A DNA stretch of 63,527 nt, counting the filler, from Reticulomyxa filosa (Eukaryota; Protista; Foraminifera), in assembly GCA_000512085.1 (NCBI GenBank). It is 17 parts of 17 records of this genome, joined end to end, with 100 filler letters (N's around TTAATTAATTAA, not from the genome) between each part and the next. Parts side by side here need not be neighbours in the genome. Positions count along the whole stretch, not along the records: positions 6,210 to 17,114 come from ASPP01008462.1; positions 17,215 to 18,602 come from ASPP01011104.1; positions 18,703 to 22,021 come from ASPP01002668.1; positions 22,122 to 23,152 come from ASPP01021684.1; positions 23,253 to 24,425 come from ASPP01022099.1; positions 24,526 to 29,220 come from ASPP01032707.1; 11 more parts are not named here. One strand, given 5' to 3'. The notes under the pieces were generated by a model. It did not search any database and had not been told where the DNA came from. It was given only the letters and a program-made list of their open reading frames with translations. Every line of letters starts with the position of its first letter. The first letter of the stretch is position 1. Both the position numbers and the translations under genes were made by a program. Below are positions 12,601 through 24,608 of this stretch, piece by piece.

Positions 12601-14145
12601 TGATAATAAGAGTAAACTCGAACCATAGCCAAATGTACCAAGCTGCGCATGTTCACAGAGCAGTCGAATGCTTGCGTTAGAATGCAAGATAAAAAAAACA
12701 AAAAAAAGGACCTGTCCAGTACGTAGTAACCGTAGCACCCATCATTTTCATTCCTTCTTTGGTTTTGAACGACTTTTCATCGACTAATTGAGAAGCCACT
12801 TGGTTGAATGGATAAACAAATCCGAATATAATAAACCAACAAAAGGCAAAGCCGATATTGTCCCAATAGTTGTCAGATTTAAAGGAGGCCGTTGGAAATA
12901 TCTGGTATCCTTTCGTTAGACCTTTTGTGTATTCGAATACTTCAGAAGATGATACGTTAGCATATTGTGATACGTATTTTGTTATTGCGGTATCAACAAA
13001 TACTTGTAGTTCCACGAATCCTGCATCATAATATTCCTTATTATGTATGTATGTATGTATAAATGTGCGTATGTTTTCAAATGATTCTATTGTTTCTCTC
13101 TTCCACACACAAAAACAAAGAGAATCTAAACTTGTGCATAATCATCCCACAGTTGATTCATATCATGTTGAAATTGATCGACATTATATTGAGACAAAGT
13201 CCCAGGGACTTTGGAACTGTTACAACGAATCTCATAAGTCCACTGTGTTCCGTCGTCGCTTATGTCAGAAAACACGATCGCAATTCCAACTGGTCGCTTG
13301 TCCGTTGTATTGCATGTTACATTCCACGTCTTTCCATAATCATCCGATGTGCAATAGTCATTCAACGCATCGCTATCATTAAAATACTTTATTAATAAGC
13401 CTTTATTTGTGTTGTTATTTTCATTTGTGTTTGTCTCGTGTGATTAAAAAAACACGAAACAAACCTTCGGTCCATGGAAGAGCCTTTGCTTGATCGGAAC
13501 AATTACCATATATATTCAGAATGCCTGATGTCGTCCAATCCTCTTTCATTATGTCCACTAGACTTTGAACCTTTGGATTAAATTGTGGATTCGGGACGAT
13601 GGCGAGGTAGCCAGGGGGCCAACTGTTTCACACACACGACCTTGTCACCAGTCACATACACAATACACACACAGACGCACAAAACGTGGAGTTGTCACTG
13701 TTGCACAACATCTTATCGACAAAGTCGTACGACATTGTGTAAGGATCGATATAACCCGGGTTGTCGAAACCATTTCCAGTTTTGTCACCTTTGCTCGTTA
13801 CAGTTGCTGGGATTCGTATTAATCCCAATATAATAAAAAACACTGCAGGAAATAATATTTTGCACAACCACCATTTCAATCGACGACGGCATTGCATCAT
13901 ATAATTTTTCCACACCAATAACATTGTCATTTTCCAAAAACTCATCTCCATATTCTCAATCGTGCTACCCTCACCTGCCCCATTGCTGCTCGTTATTTCT
14001 TGGCTTTCTTCTGTCCTCTCGCCCACCTTCATCATCACATTCTTTTTTTTTAAAAGGAAAACAAACACAGGAGGGCTGCTAGCAAACTAACCAAGGCTAC
14101 ACCAAAGTTAACACTTGTCAATAAAGGATCCTTTTTGTCTGCCAT
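6654..14145 (-). CDS. ABCA-subfamily full-size ABC transporter (TMD-NBD-TMD-NBD), many introns
   Basis: NBD1: [60 protein letters not shown]2: GFLG|[28 protein letters not shown]|DEPSTG|[23 protein letters not shown]-terminus has LLVWKNY. The start is ATG 14145 (MADKKDPLL) or 14035; exon boundaries are approximate. Confidence 0.95.
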
Positions 14146-15606
14146 TATTTCAAGTGATTTGGATTATGTGACTCTTGATAAATAAATACAAATACGCAAG
14201 GGGAGAATTTTTTAATTACTAGAACAACAAACAATTACAAATCCAATTTTATGTATTTATAAGTACAGCTTGACACTGAAATGAAAATAAAAATAAACAA
14301 AAGAATAATACTGTGAAAATTCGTCTATTAAATAGATACTTGATTTTCCAACATTTCATTTTTTGGTAATTGTGCTAAGTGGTGCCAGCACAGAAAGCGA
14401 AAAATAAAAGTTACGTTCACTTTAAGTATTATAAAATTAATAAAGGATTATAAATAAACATGTAGTAAGTGTGCAGAGGCGGCACTAAATGTAATACGAA
14501 AGTTGTCACTAAATAAATATCAAAAAAGAAAAGAAAAGTATTGAAATAAAAAAATAGCAAACACTGACAAGGCTAAGAAAACAGAAAAATTAAAGAAGAG
14601 TAAAGGTTGTTTGTTGAAGGAAAGGGTTCCCTCGTTCCGAGTGGAACTTCTCATGTAATTAATAGGATCTACAAACAAACAATTAAACAAGTAAGATAAT
14701 TGAGTTGTGGGACATCTAATGATAGTATTGGTGCACTAACTGTAATACGAAAGGTGTTTACTTAGAAGAGAATCGGAGTTTTGTAAAACGAAAGTAATTT
14801 AAATATAAAACAAGAAACAAAAGAAAGTAAGAAAGTAAAAGTAAGTTGTTGAGGAAGTTTAACCTACTGAAGATTCCTCTGTTTCCTTGACGTTCAGATA
14901 CTTATAATAGGGACTTGCCCTACATAGTCATGAGAGTTTGAAAAGGAACAATAACAGTGGTTTACCCTACTACATGCTCCAAAAAGAAAAAATGAAAAGA
15001 GCAACAACTCTTTTAGAAAAAGCAAACATACAACCAAATAACAAAGTGCAAGTAAAGATGTATGTCCTTAACTTAGATTTAAAGATTGTTGGAGTAATTA
15101 ACATTGTTAAACATTTTTAAACTTTACCTGGACAGTGACTATTACCAATCAAAGTAATTATTATAAAAATAAGAAAATAATACAAAACACTTACAGTTAT
15201 TCAAATAAGATTTAATGATATCGCTTTTTTGCGTTTTATACTGATTTTTTGTTCCATGAATACACGTATGGAAATTGCAACAGAAAATAATGTAGCAAAA
15301 TAAATACAAACCAAAGTAGACAAGAAAAGTGAAGCGAGCAAGTTTAGAAAAGGATTCCCAAGGTTCTTGGGCTTGATGCCAGTCGGCAGGCTTTATCACA
15401 CATAATCGATTGTAGTCCAAATTTGTAATTAATTGTTCTCCTTAATGCAGAAAATAGCTTGTGATCGCTTACGTAAAAAATGTTTGCGAGTCCCTGTCTG
15501 TTGAGTACTAAGAATGAAAAAATGGCGGAATAAATTGACGTCAAATAGAGGATGTTTGCTTAAGTGAGCGCTAGTAAAACAAAATAAAAGCAGAGAACGC
15601 TCGAAA

Positions 15607-16825
15607 ATGAAAAATAACACTAAAGAGAGCGACAATGAAGGAGTTTGGATAACAGTATCAGGAGAAGCAAGTGAACGATCAACTGAAAAAGATAACTTAT
15701 TGCACAAAAATCCATTTTTGAAAACGGAGAAAGAATGTAAAAATTAGCACTTGATATCACAACAAACTTGTTGAAACCTTGGAGTGTGGTTACTCACTTT
15801 TGAAGTCTTTAAATGTATTCTCTGAATTCTATTTCAAATAACAGCAAAAGACGCCTGTGAACAGAATGGCGAGCAAGAAAAACAAAACGCAAGACTGCAA
15901 GATTTCCTTCATGCAATAATTAAACCACCGTCCGAAAACAGATCGCATACAGACTCCATCTTATCACTTTCGATCACACACCGAAATCGTCCGCAGCTGC
16001 AAGAGCTGACGCACGAGTACGAAGACTTTTGCAAAACGTATCAGACCAAACAAACCGGAATTGATCACACAAGAACACATTTGACATTTCAGTTGTTTGA
16101 CGAATTGATCAGAGAATGCGCGATTGATTGTAGTGAACGAGGATTGATGATGGTGAGAGTCAGAGATGAGGCCAAAATGACATTGGACGCATATCAAATG
16201 TTGTTGCTAACTGCAAACACGTAAGCAAATCCACAAATTTACCCTTTTTTTTTTGCTCAGTTTTGTCTGCTTTAATCGATTGATTGAACAGATTTTCATT
16301 GAATAAAGGCACGTTCACTACGAAGAGCGATCATTCTCTCCGCAGCTTGGCTGAACAGAACCAAAGATTGCTCAATGCCACTGAAAAAAAAAGAGCATTG
16401 CAGTCTCAAATTTTGCATTACAAGGTAAAGTGCTGATTCAACAAAAAAATACTGTGTGCATACACGCATACGCAAATTAATATAATATAAAAAAGAATTT
16501 GATGGCAAATACTGAAAAAACAATGGAAATGCTACGGAACTCGCACAAACAAACTTTGTTAAATCATGAAAAATCATTACGAGTTTTGATTTTCTATTTT
16601 CTCGACATAACCGTGCTGTTCTCACAAAAAAAAACAAAAACAAAAACAAAGAAAGCTGAAGAACAATTGCAGGCGCTGCTCGAAGCTGTAAAAGTGCAAG
16701 GAGGGTCATTACTTCGCAAAAAGACTGCCCATAATGCCAGTCGTGGAACTTCTGGGTCCACTCGCACACGAAAACATGCCACAAGAACGAGCATTTTCAA
16801 TGGGGTTTATACCTCCTCCAACTGA
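15607..16825 (+). CDS. Axonemal inner-arm dynein light chain p28 (DNALI1/IDA4)-like protein, about 5 exons; missed by the ORF track
   Basis: Manual translation of 15841-16220 gives DFLHAIIKPP...QTKQTGIDHTRTHLTFQLFDELIRECAIDCSERGLMMVRVRDEAKMTLDAYQ. This matches the p28 signature ARETGICPVR..YSQCFDELIRQVTINCAERGLLLLRVRDE..MT..AYQ. GT-AG introns join in frame from ATG 15607 to a coiled-coil C-terminus. Confidence 0.85.
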
Positions 16826-17070
16826 GCACTTTTTTCTTTTTCAATCTGGTCTAAATGAAAACAAAACTCATAGCAAACTTGTTTTATTTAAATTGGGATA
16901 ATTTTATGTTTACCGTTCAATTCGATAATAACAAGCAAAATTTTTCATTACTATTCAAAGTTAATCTTTTTACTCGGACAAAGTAGATCCCAGACAAAAA
17001 CGTTTTGTGAAACAAGGGGTTTAACAAATTCGTGCGTTTCAGATTGTTAGCAGACATTTGTATTAGACTT

Positions 17071-17114
17071 ATTTTCACAACCTACGTTCTCTTTGTGGCC
17101 TTGTGTGTTGGTTA
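17071..17114 (-). repeat. Right 44-bp terminal inverted repeat of contig 6210-17114
   Basis: ATTTTCACAACCTACGTTCTCTTTGTGGCCTTGTGTGTTGGTTA forms the last 44 nt of the contig and is a 44/44 inverted match to 6210-6253. Confidence 0.95.
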
Positions 17115-17941
17115 NNNNNNNNNNNNNNNNNNNNNNNNNNNNNNNNNNNNNNNNNNNNTTAATTAATTAANNNNNNNNNNNNNNNNNNNNNNNNNNNNNN
17201 NNNNNNNNNNNNNNTGCAGAGATGGAAAAATGTTATTTTTTTTTTTTTTTTTTTTTTTATGTACTCTGTACTGTTTGCTAATCTTGCCATACTTTTTTAC
17301 TTCATTTTGTGAATGTATGGGGAATGGATTGCCGGTGGCAGAAAAGGGATAGAAGACAATGGATTAGAGCACTCTTCGATGTTACCAAACAAGAGATAGA
17401 TAATGGAACTGATTGTTGTGGATTCATTTCTGCTTAATTGTTCTAGTTTTCTTATTTCTTACTGCCCTTATTTTTGTTTTCTTATCATTACCTTGCACTA
17501 TTTCGTTTTTAGTTTTCACTTTTTTGCTGTTGTTATTTTTAGTGTTTTAGTTGATAGCGACAAAATCATGATAATAAAAATGTAGTCTAGCTCGAATTTA
17601 ATCAGAATATTGACGATCTCGATATCTCTGTCATTTCAGGGCTTACTTAGTTGGATTTGCACGAAATTTTTTAAAAAATTTTTACATTGAAAATAATTTG
17701 CATCAAAAGTTGTTCCTGTGCAATTTTTAATCACATTTTTATAAATACTAAATAATCTATTAAATCTGTTTGACATATCATAAGGCCATTATTAGTAATG
17801 ATCACACACAGAAATAGAATGCCTGTCGCCAGTTCCAGCATTGTTTTACCACTTTTAGATGTCTAATGGATTAGAGTTTTGAATATAGTTTTTTTTTTAA
17901 TCTTTGTGCCATAATTTATTGGCTTTTGATAATCCAAATAA

Positions 17942-18602
17942 ATGTCGCAAGCAAACAGTGAAAAAACAGAAATCCGATTGTATCGAAGGCCAGAGCAAAA
18001 TACTTTGCTTTTGAATCATCCTATTTCTGGTCTGCGACCTCTTCCATACAGTAATTATCAGGTTTTTTGATTATGATTATATTTGAAGAAAAAGGTGTAA
18101 TGAACAGAATAAAAAGAATAAAAACAAGAAGAGCAAAAAAAAAAAAAAAAAAAAATATGGAAATAGATATTAAATCGCACGCACGTCGATATAGAAAAAG
18201 CAAAAAAAGAAATGGACTCGAAGACAGAGGAGCAAATGAAAATGAAAGAGCAAATAAATTGGAAAGAGAAGCAAATATTGGAAAAAGATAACGAGATAAA
18301 GAAGAAGCGTTGGCACAATGACCAGGAGTTGTTGAAGATCCGTGCAGACGTGGAAGGTATGAAGAACGATTTGAGCGACAAAGAGAAGCAGTTGTTGTCG
18401 CGTTACGATCAATTGGCGAAGATGTTGCAAGAGGAGAATGAAAAGCTGTCTCAATACTGCGAGCAGTTGAGTCACGACTATAAGCATTTATTGCGACAAA
18501 GCAATAATAAAGAAGAGCAAAAAGAGCAAAGAGGACAAATTAAAGGTGTAAATACATCATCGTCATCATCAGCAGCAGCAGCAGCATCAAGCATCATTAG
18601 CA
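17942..18602 (+). CDS. Hypothetical coiled-coil protein, 5' part (truncated by contig end)
   Basis: ATG 17942 exon (MSQANSEKTE...), an A-rich intron, then an E/K/Q-rich coiled-coil ORF from 18212. Confidence 0.45.
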
Positions 18603-19187
18603 NNNNNNNNNNNNNNNNNNNNNNNNNNNNNNNNNNNNNNNNNNNNTTAATTAATTAANNNNNNNNNNNNNNNNNNNNNNNNNNNNNNNNNNNNNNNNNN
18701 NNTTTTGAAGTTTACTAAAGGAGTAGAGAATCTCTTTTTTTTTTTTTTTTGACAAAAACTTTTTAGTTTTTATTTTCTTTCCTAGCGTTCCAAAAATTTG
18801 GATTTTTTATTGCTTTTTGCGAATTTTTTGGAAAAAGATTGACAATTTTGTATAGTAATTATATTAAGTTAATGTTAAGATACTATGATGGCAAATAAAG
18901 GTGACATTATGATTTAAAACAGAAGAAACGCAACAATGGATAATTAAAGATAAAGAAATAGTAGACATTGAAGTGATTAGTATTGAACTGGAGAAGAAGG
19001 ATCAAATGCAGATATCAAACAATTGAAAGTTTGTTTTAAATATTTGCGTGTTTATTTCATGTTTAGGTGAAATGAAGTGTATTAGATAGTTTTTTTCAAT
19101 TGGATACGTAAAAAAAATGTATTGTTTCGAAAGTAATCAAGCAATAAAAGGAATAAACTCTTAAAAACGAAGGAAAATAAGGACGGT

Positions 19188-20584
19188 TTAGTTTTCAGAA
19201 GGTTCAACAACGACATCTTGTTTGTCTTGATAAGAAGTAATCAAATCAGCAAGAAATCTATCGGCATCAATAAAATCATTGTTATCAACTCCTTCACTTT
19301 TGTATGAATGTAAAAAAGTATTTTGTTGAGACATTCGACGAAAAGCACTAAGAGTTCTTTGCAAAACACAGGTAATAGCAGTTGTATTTGAAACACAGGT
19401 AGTAGTGAAAGGGGTATTATTTGGTGAAATTGGAACAACGAAAGTGTTAATATTATCAGGAATCCAATTTACAAACATATCGGATAAATTTGAATTAAAA
19501 TTATCACAATTATCATAATTATCATTAACAGATTTTATATTATTTCCACGATAAATTAAATTTGCACCTAAACATTTTCCATCTGCATGATTTATATTCG
19601 TAATTAAATTTTGAGAAGACCATACTTGATTAGTCATTTGTTTGAATGTGAGATCTAATTTTGTTCCTTCTCCAGGTAAAAATAAAGGACTTTGTCCAAT
19701 TGAAAAGAAAGTTATACGAGGAAATGGCACTAAATTTAATATCATTTTTGGTAAATTACTTATGGATGGATTATACAATCTTAATGGAGATGTAATTCCT
19801 GACATTGCTAATGAACTAATCCAATTTAAATCTTTATATCTTGGTTGCGATTGCTGTAATACATTACGTGAAATATTATATAATGCACTGTTGTCAATAA
19901 CAAAACATCCATCACTTTCAATAAGACTGCAAATACTTAATATTGCATTAATTTGTTCAGTATTTATTGGAGACACTTTTGCACTTGGAAATATACTATA
20001 ATATATTATCGTCTTGTGATAATCATAAAATGCATGATTTAATAATGATCCCAAACCACTTCCTGTTCCACCTCCTAATGATCGTATTACTTGAAATCCT
20101 TGAAGGCAATCACATAACTACATCAATAAATATATATGTATATGTCTATTTATTTATTATATACATGTTTATTTACTTGTCACATCAAAACTTCAGCTTC
20201 TTTTCTGATTACATCTTCACATTCTCCAATTATTCTTTTTCCTTCATCATGATATCCTCTTGCCCAATTATTTCTTGTTCCTGCTGTTCCAGAAACAAAA
20301 TTATCTAAATCAAATATTCTTCCTGTAGGTGATGTTTTAATTACATCATTTATTCCTGGATCTGTATCAATTAATATTGACCGCGGTATATATTGATTAG
20401 CAGTAGTTGTTGTTTTTTTTTCACTTTCTCTAAAATATATCTCAATTGCATTGTTTTGTTGTTGAGTTGAAGTAAGCGTTCCAGATTCAGTTAAAGTATG
20501 CTCTTTGCAGATGATTTCCCAAAATAGATTACCAAGTTGATTACCACCTTGACCTAGTTGTACTTGAATGATCTCTCGCACCAT
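19188..20584 (-). CDS. Highly divergent beta-tubulin (foraminiferal/retarian beta2-type-like), 2 exons, about 440 aa
   Basis: MVREIIQVQLGQGGNQLG, PRSILIDTDPG, NNWARGY, CDCLQGFQVIRSLGGGTGSGLG, NLVPFPR, WIPDN and C-terminal YQDKQD. One GT-AG intron at 20191-20118. Confidence 0.9.
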
Positions 20585-22239
20585 TAAAATTTAAAAAAGG
20601 AGAAGTATTGCTTAGAATTTATTTTAACAAAAAAAGAAACTACACTAAAACAACTGTTAATTTTTTTTAAAAATATTTACCACACTGATCTATGTTTAAT
20701 TGAACCACTTTTCTTATATTCATTATTTGTTATTGATTCTAAAAAAAACTTAATGTACTAAACACATCCAATCCAAGCACTATGTTTTCTTTCAAGGAAA
20801 TAATTTTAGCTCGAAAATTAGAAGGAAATAATCTAGAAATTCCTTAGAAACAATGTGTTTATGTGTTGGAATAATGCTTAATGATGAATAAAATGAGCGT
20901 CATTTTGAACATTTTGATTGGATATCGTTTCAGTGATAATACAGTATATGAAATTATGGCCCTTTGAGACAATACCAAAGAAAATAAGCCGTACATTAGA
21001 GTGACTTACAAAGGTTTGTTATAAAAAGTGCGTCAAGCAAAAAAAAAAATTAATCAAAATTAACTATATTTTGCAAAAGGAAGTACTGGTAAAATTTTTG
21101 AGATTTTCACAGATGACAAATATTATTATATCAAATTGAATCAGCGTTTACATTGAATAATTTCCACTGCTATTATCAAAGTATTACAGATAACTTGCTA
21201 ACAAAATTAGACCAAAACAAGCGCAAATTGACTCTATGTTTTAAATAAGCAATACAATTCTTAAAAAGTACAATTAGTTAAAAGTTTTGATAATCAAAAA
21301 TATTAAATTAAAAAATTCCAAATTATTCTTTTTATAATTTGTGCAAATTTACAATTTTTCAAATTATTTTTCAAATGAAATCGAAATGTTTGTTAAACAT
21401 GTTATTTTGATAATTTTCATTCTATGTTTACAAATGATTTAAATCAACAATATTGCTTATCTCTTGCTCAAATTGTGTTAAATCAGCAATATCTGTATTG
21501 AATAGTATGATTATCTTTAAGAAATTGAACAAATTGGTTTATTTGTAATTGATATATTCTCACAAGAAAAAGTTGAAGAAATAGCTCTTTTGAAAAAAAT
21601 GAGAAATTTTTGCAATAATATTTGAAATATCTTCTTTTTTTTTTGAAAGAAAAATTTGGAGAAATAACTTTATTACTTAAAGAAAACGGTAAAAAAAAGG
21701 AAAAAACTCAAACTCACATGGTCACCTGTGTAACAATGGAAAAAGAAATTGAATAAAACACTTGTTACAAGGGAAAACGAAATGTCAATGATATCATTAG
21801 CACTACCGTCAAAAGATCATATCAAGAGCACAAAAAATGTTTGTTACAAGACGAACGTGGAAGCGTCAAACATACAATTCCATCAAAACCTTCAACAAAT
21901 GTATCACCATCATAATCTTTATATTATGGAGCAAGCCATTCAAGAAGTTCATCTTGTTGGACAATTTCCCAAATGAGATAATATAATTATCTTTTAAGAA
22001 ATGTATTGTCATTTTTTTCTTNNNNNNNNNNNNNNNNNNNNNNNNNNNNNNNNNNNNNNNNNNNNTTAATTAATTAANNNNNNNNNNNNNNNNNNNNNNN
22101 NNNNNNNNNNNNNNNNNNNNNTCATATTTATTTTATTTTCAGTTTTTTATATTACATTCTCTTTCTAAATTTAGTTTATGTAATTTTTATAGTTTTTGAT
22201 ATTTATACGTTTTTGTTTTATATAATTATTTGCAATGAA

Positions 22240-22990
22240 AAGAATTTAATTCAATTCATTTGTTCTGGATCAAATGATCAAACAGTTCGTGTATGTGATG
22301 TTGATAATAACAAACTAATTCAATCATTCAATGAACATTTAGATTATGTGCATCATGTGAAATTTTCAACATATCATTATCATTTTCATCGTCAATGTCA
22401 TTTGTTCTGCATCAGAAGATAAAATTATTCGTTTTTGGGATTTCAAACATAATAAGCAATTACAAATGTTCGATGAACACACTTCGTTGGTTGATAAAAT
22501 TGAATGTTCACAATTTAATGGTGGTAGATATTTGTGTTTTGGATCTGGTGACAAAACTATTCGTTTATAGGACGTTGAAGCATCAACATCATTACATATT
22601 TTCAATAGACATGAAAATTATGTTTGGTGTGTTGATATTTTACCATACAAATCAATAATAACAATGATAATAATAATATAATTAGATACAATTTGTTCTG
22701 GATCATTTGATAAAACTATTCGAATATGATATTGAAACAACTAAACAATTAATTATTTAAAGGACATGAAAATTGGATTTATAGTGTAAAATGTGGATCA
22801 AACGAATTATTAAATACAATATTATCTGGATAATCTGACCATAGTGTTCATTTGTGGGATATTCGATCAATAGAAATGAATTATATGCGATTGATGGAAA
22901 TAAGAAAGAAGAAAATGGAATAGTGTGTCTTAAATTTTTACAATTAAGAAAGATAAAAAAAAAGAAAAAGCAATGCTGATATTAATCTGT
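22240..22990 (+). pseudogene. WD40-repeat pseudogene
   Basis: Recognisable WD units (ICSGSNDQTVRV, LCFGSGDKTIRL*DV, HENYVWCVD, ICSGSFDKTIRI*) are broken by in-frame stops and frameshifts. Confidence 0.8.
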
Positions 22991-24608
22991 GTTGTGATTT
23001 GAGTCATATTTGGGATAATGGAATTTAAATGAGATAATTTTTTTTAGTAATCTAATTACTTGTTATTTGTTAATTGCATTTTTTAAAAATGTACCTACTT
23101 CAAACGACAAATTTCCTAGCTGAGTAAAATTTTGTTTGTTATTTTAAAAAAANNNNNNNNNNNNNNNNNNNNNNNNNNNNNNNNNNNNNNNNNNNNTTAA
23201 TTAATTAANNNNNNNNNNNNNNNNNNNNNNNNNNNNNNNNNNNNNNNNNNNNTGTTGTTCGTTCAATCTGACTTGATATGTGTTGGGTTGATGAAGTCGT
23301 CTAATCAGAACACAAGGAATGAGGTTCCAGATTGTCCTCTTGTTCAATGCTTCTTGTTTAAGGCTAGTTCTTCTGAGAGTTGCAATCATCATTGCTCTCA
23401 TTTTTTTTTTATCAATTTCTCTACTTGAACTTTGCGAACCTTTTAATAAAAAAAAGATAGTGATGAATTCCAAATTTGAATACTTCAGTTTGTGTTTATT
23501 GAATGTTAATTAAGATTATTTGTAATTTTTTTTTAATGTTGATTTGTAACAAATAATTGAGCATTTTTGAAGAAATTTGATATTGTTTTTTGGAACAAAC
23601 CGCGATCAACATCATTGACCAAAAACAAAATTTTGAAAAAAGAATTTTAATTCTAATTGCTGACATAATAGCAATTGATTGCTTTGTAATAAATACATGC
23701 TTGAAGACGACAAATTCAACAAAAATAAAGTGAAGAGATTCAACATTGATATCATCTTCGTTGGGGAGTCATTCCTTTCTTCTGCGTTCAATAAACGACT
23801 TTTTACGATGAAATCCAAATCTATGAATGTGTGCAATAACAAATTGGTAGCGCAAAGACAGTAATTGTTTTGAAAATAAATTGAAAAATGCTGAGTTATG
23901 ATAAAGTGTTCTTCTATTATCTTGTTTGGTTCTCATAAAACAGAATATGATTGCAATATAAACTACTTTAATGTAGATAATAATAAATACCAATTTTTTA
24001 ATATTATGTTGCATTTGATATGATAAATATATATCACATGTCATTTCTTATTGAGATCACTTTAGATAAATTAAGTATGATTTGCCATTGAGACACAATA
24101 CTTGAAAAGACGCAAAATATAGAATCAATTCAATTTCATTCCACAACAATTACTTTTAAATCCATAAATAATTGTTATTATAGTTAATCCCTTTGCCAAT
24201 GTCCAATTTGCTTTTCATAAGAACTAAACCATGTTTTATTTTGGAGTAAGAACTTTTTGTTGTAATTTTAACTCTTTTATGTGAGACATGGCAAATATTT
24301 TATGTTTGAATGAGACTATTTTAGTTTTTAATTAATCTCTCAAGTTTTTCACTTTTTTTTTTGGTTATTTTAAAAAATATTTACTCATTACTTTTGTTCT
24401 TTGTCAATAACAGAACTTTATGAAANNNNNNNNNNNNNNNNNNNNNNNNNNNNNNNNNNNNNNNNNNNNTTAATTAATTAANNNNNNNNNNNNNNNNNNN
24501 NNNNNNNNNNNNNNNNNNNNNNNNNAACTCTGAAAAATTTTAAGAAAACACCTGCTACTCTAATTTTTCGAAATTGCAATAAAACAAAAAGATTAAGTTC
24601 AAAAAGAA

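Noticed and set aside
14885-14935. GTTCAGATACTT...CATAGTC resembling group I intron R/S elements
   Set aside because: P7 pairing is imperfect and no P/Q elements or host gene are visible.
15344-15544. VSDHK motif suggesting a retroelement endonuclease/RNase H inside the TIR-bounded contig
   Set aside because: Only a 3-4 residue match in a 66-aa ORF, with no other retroelement or transposase motifs.
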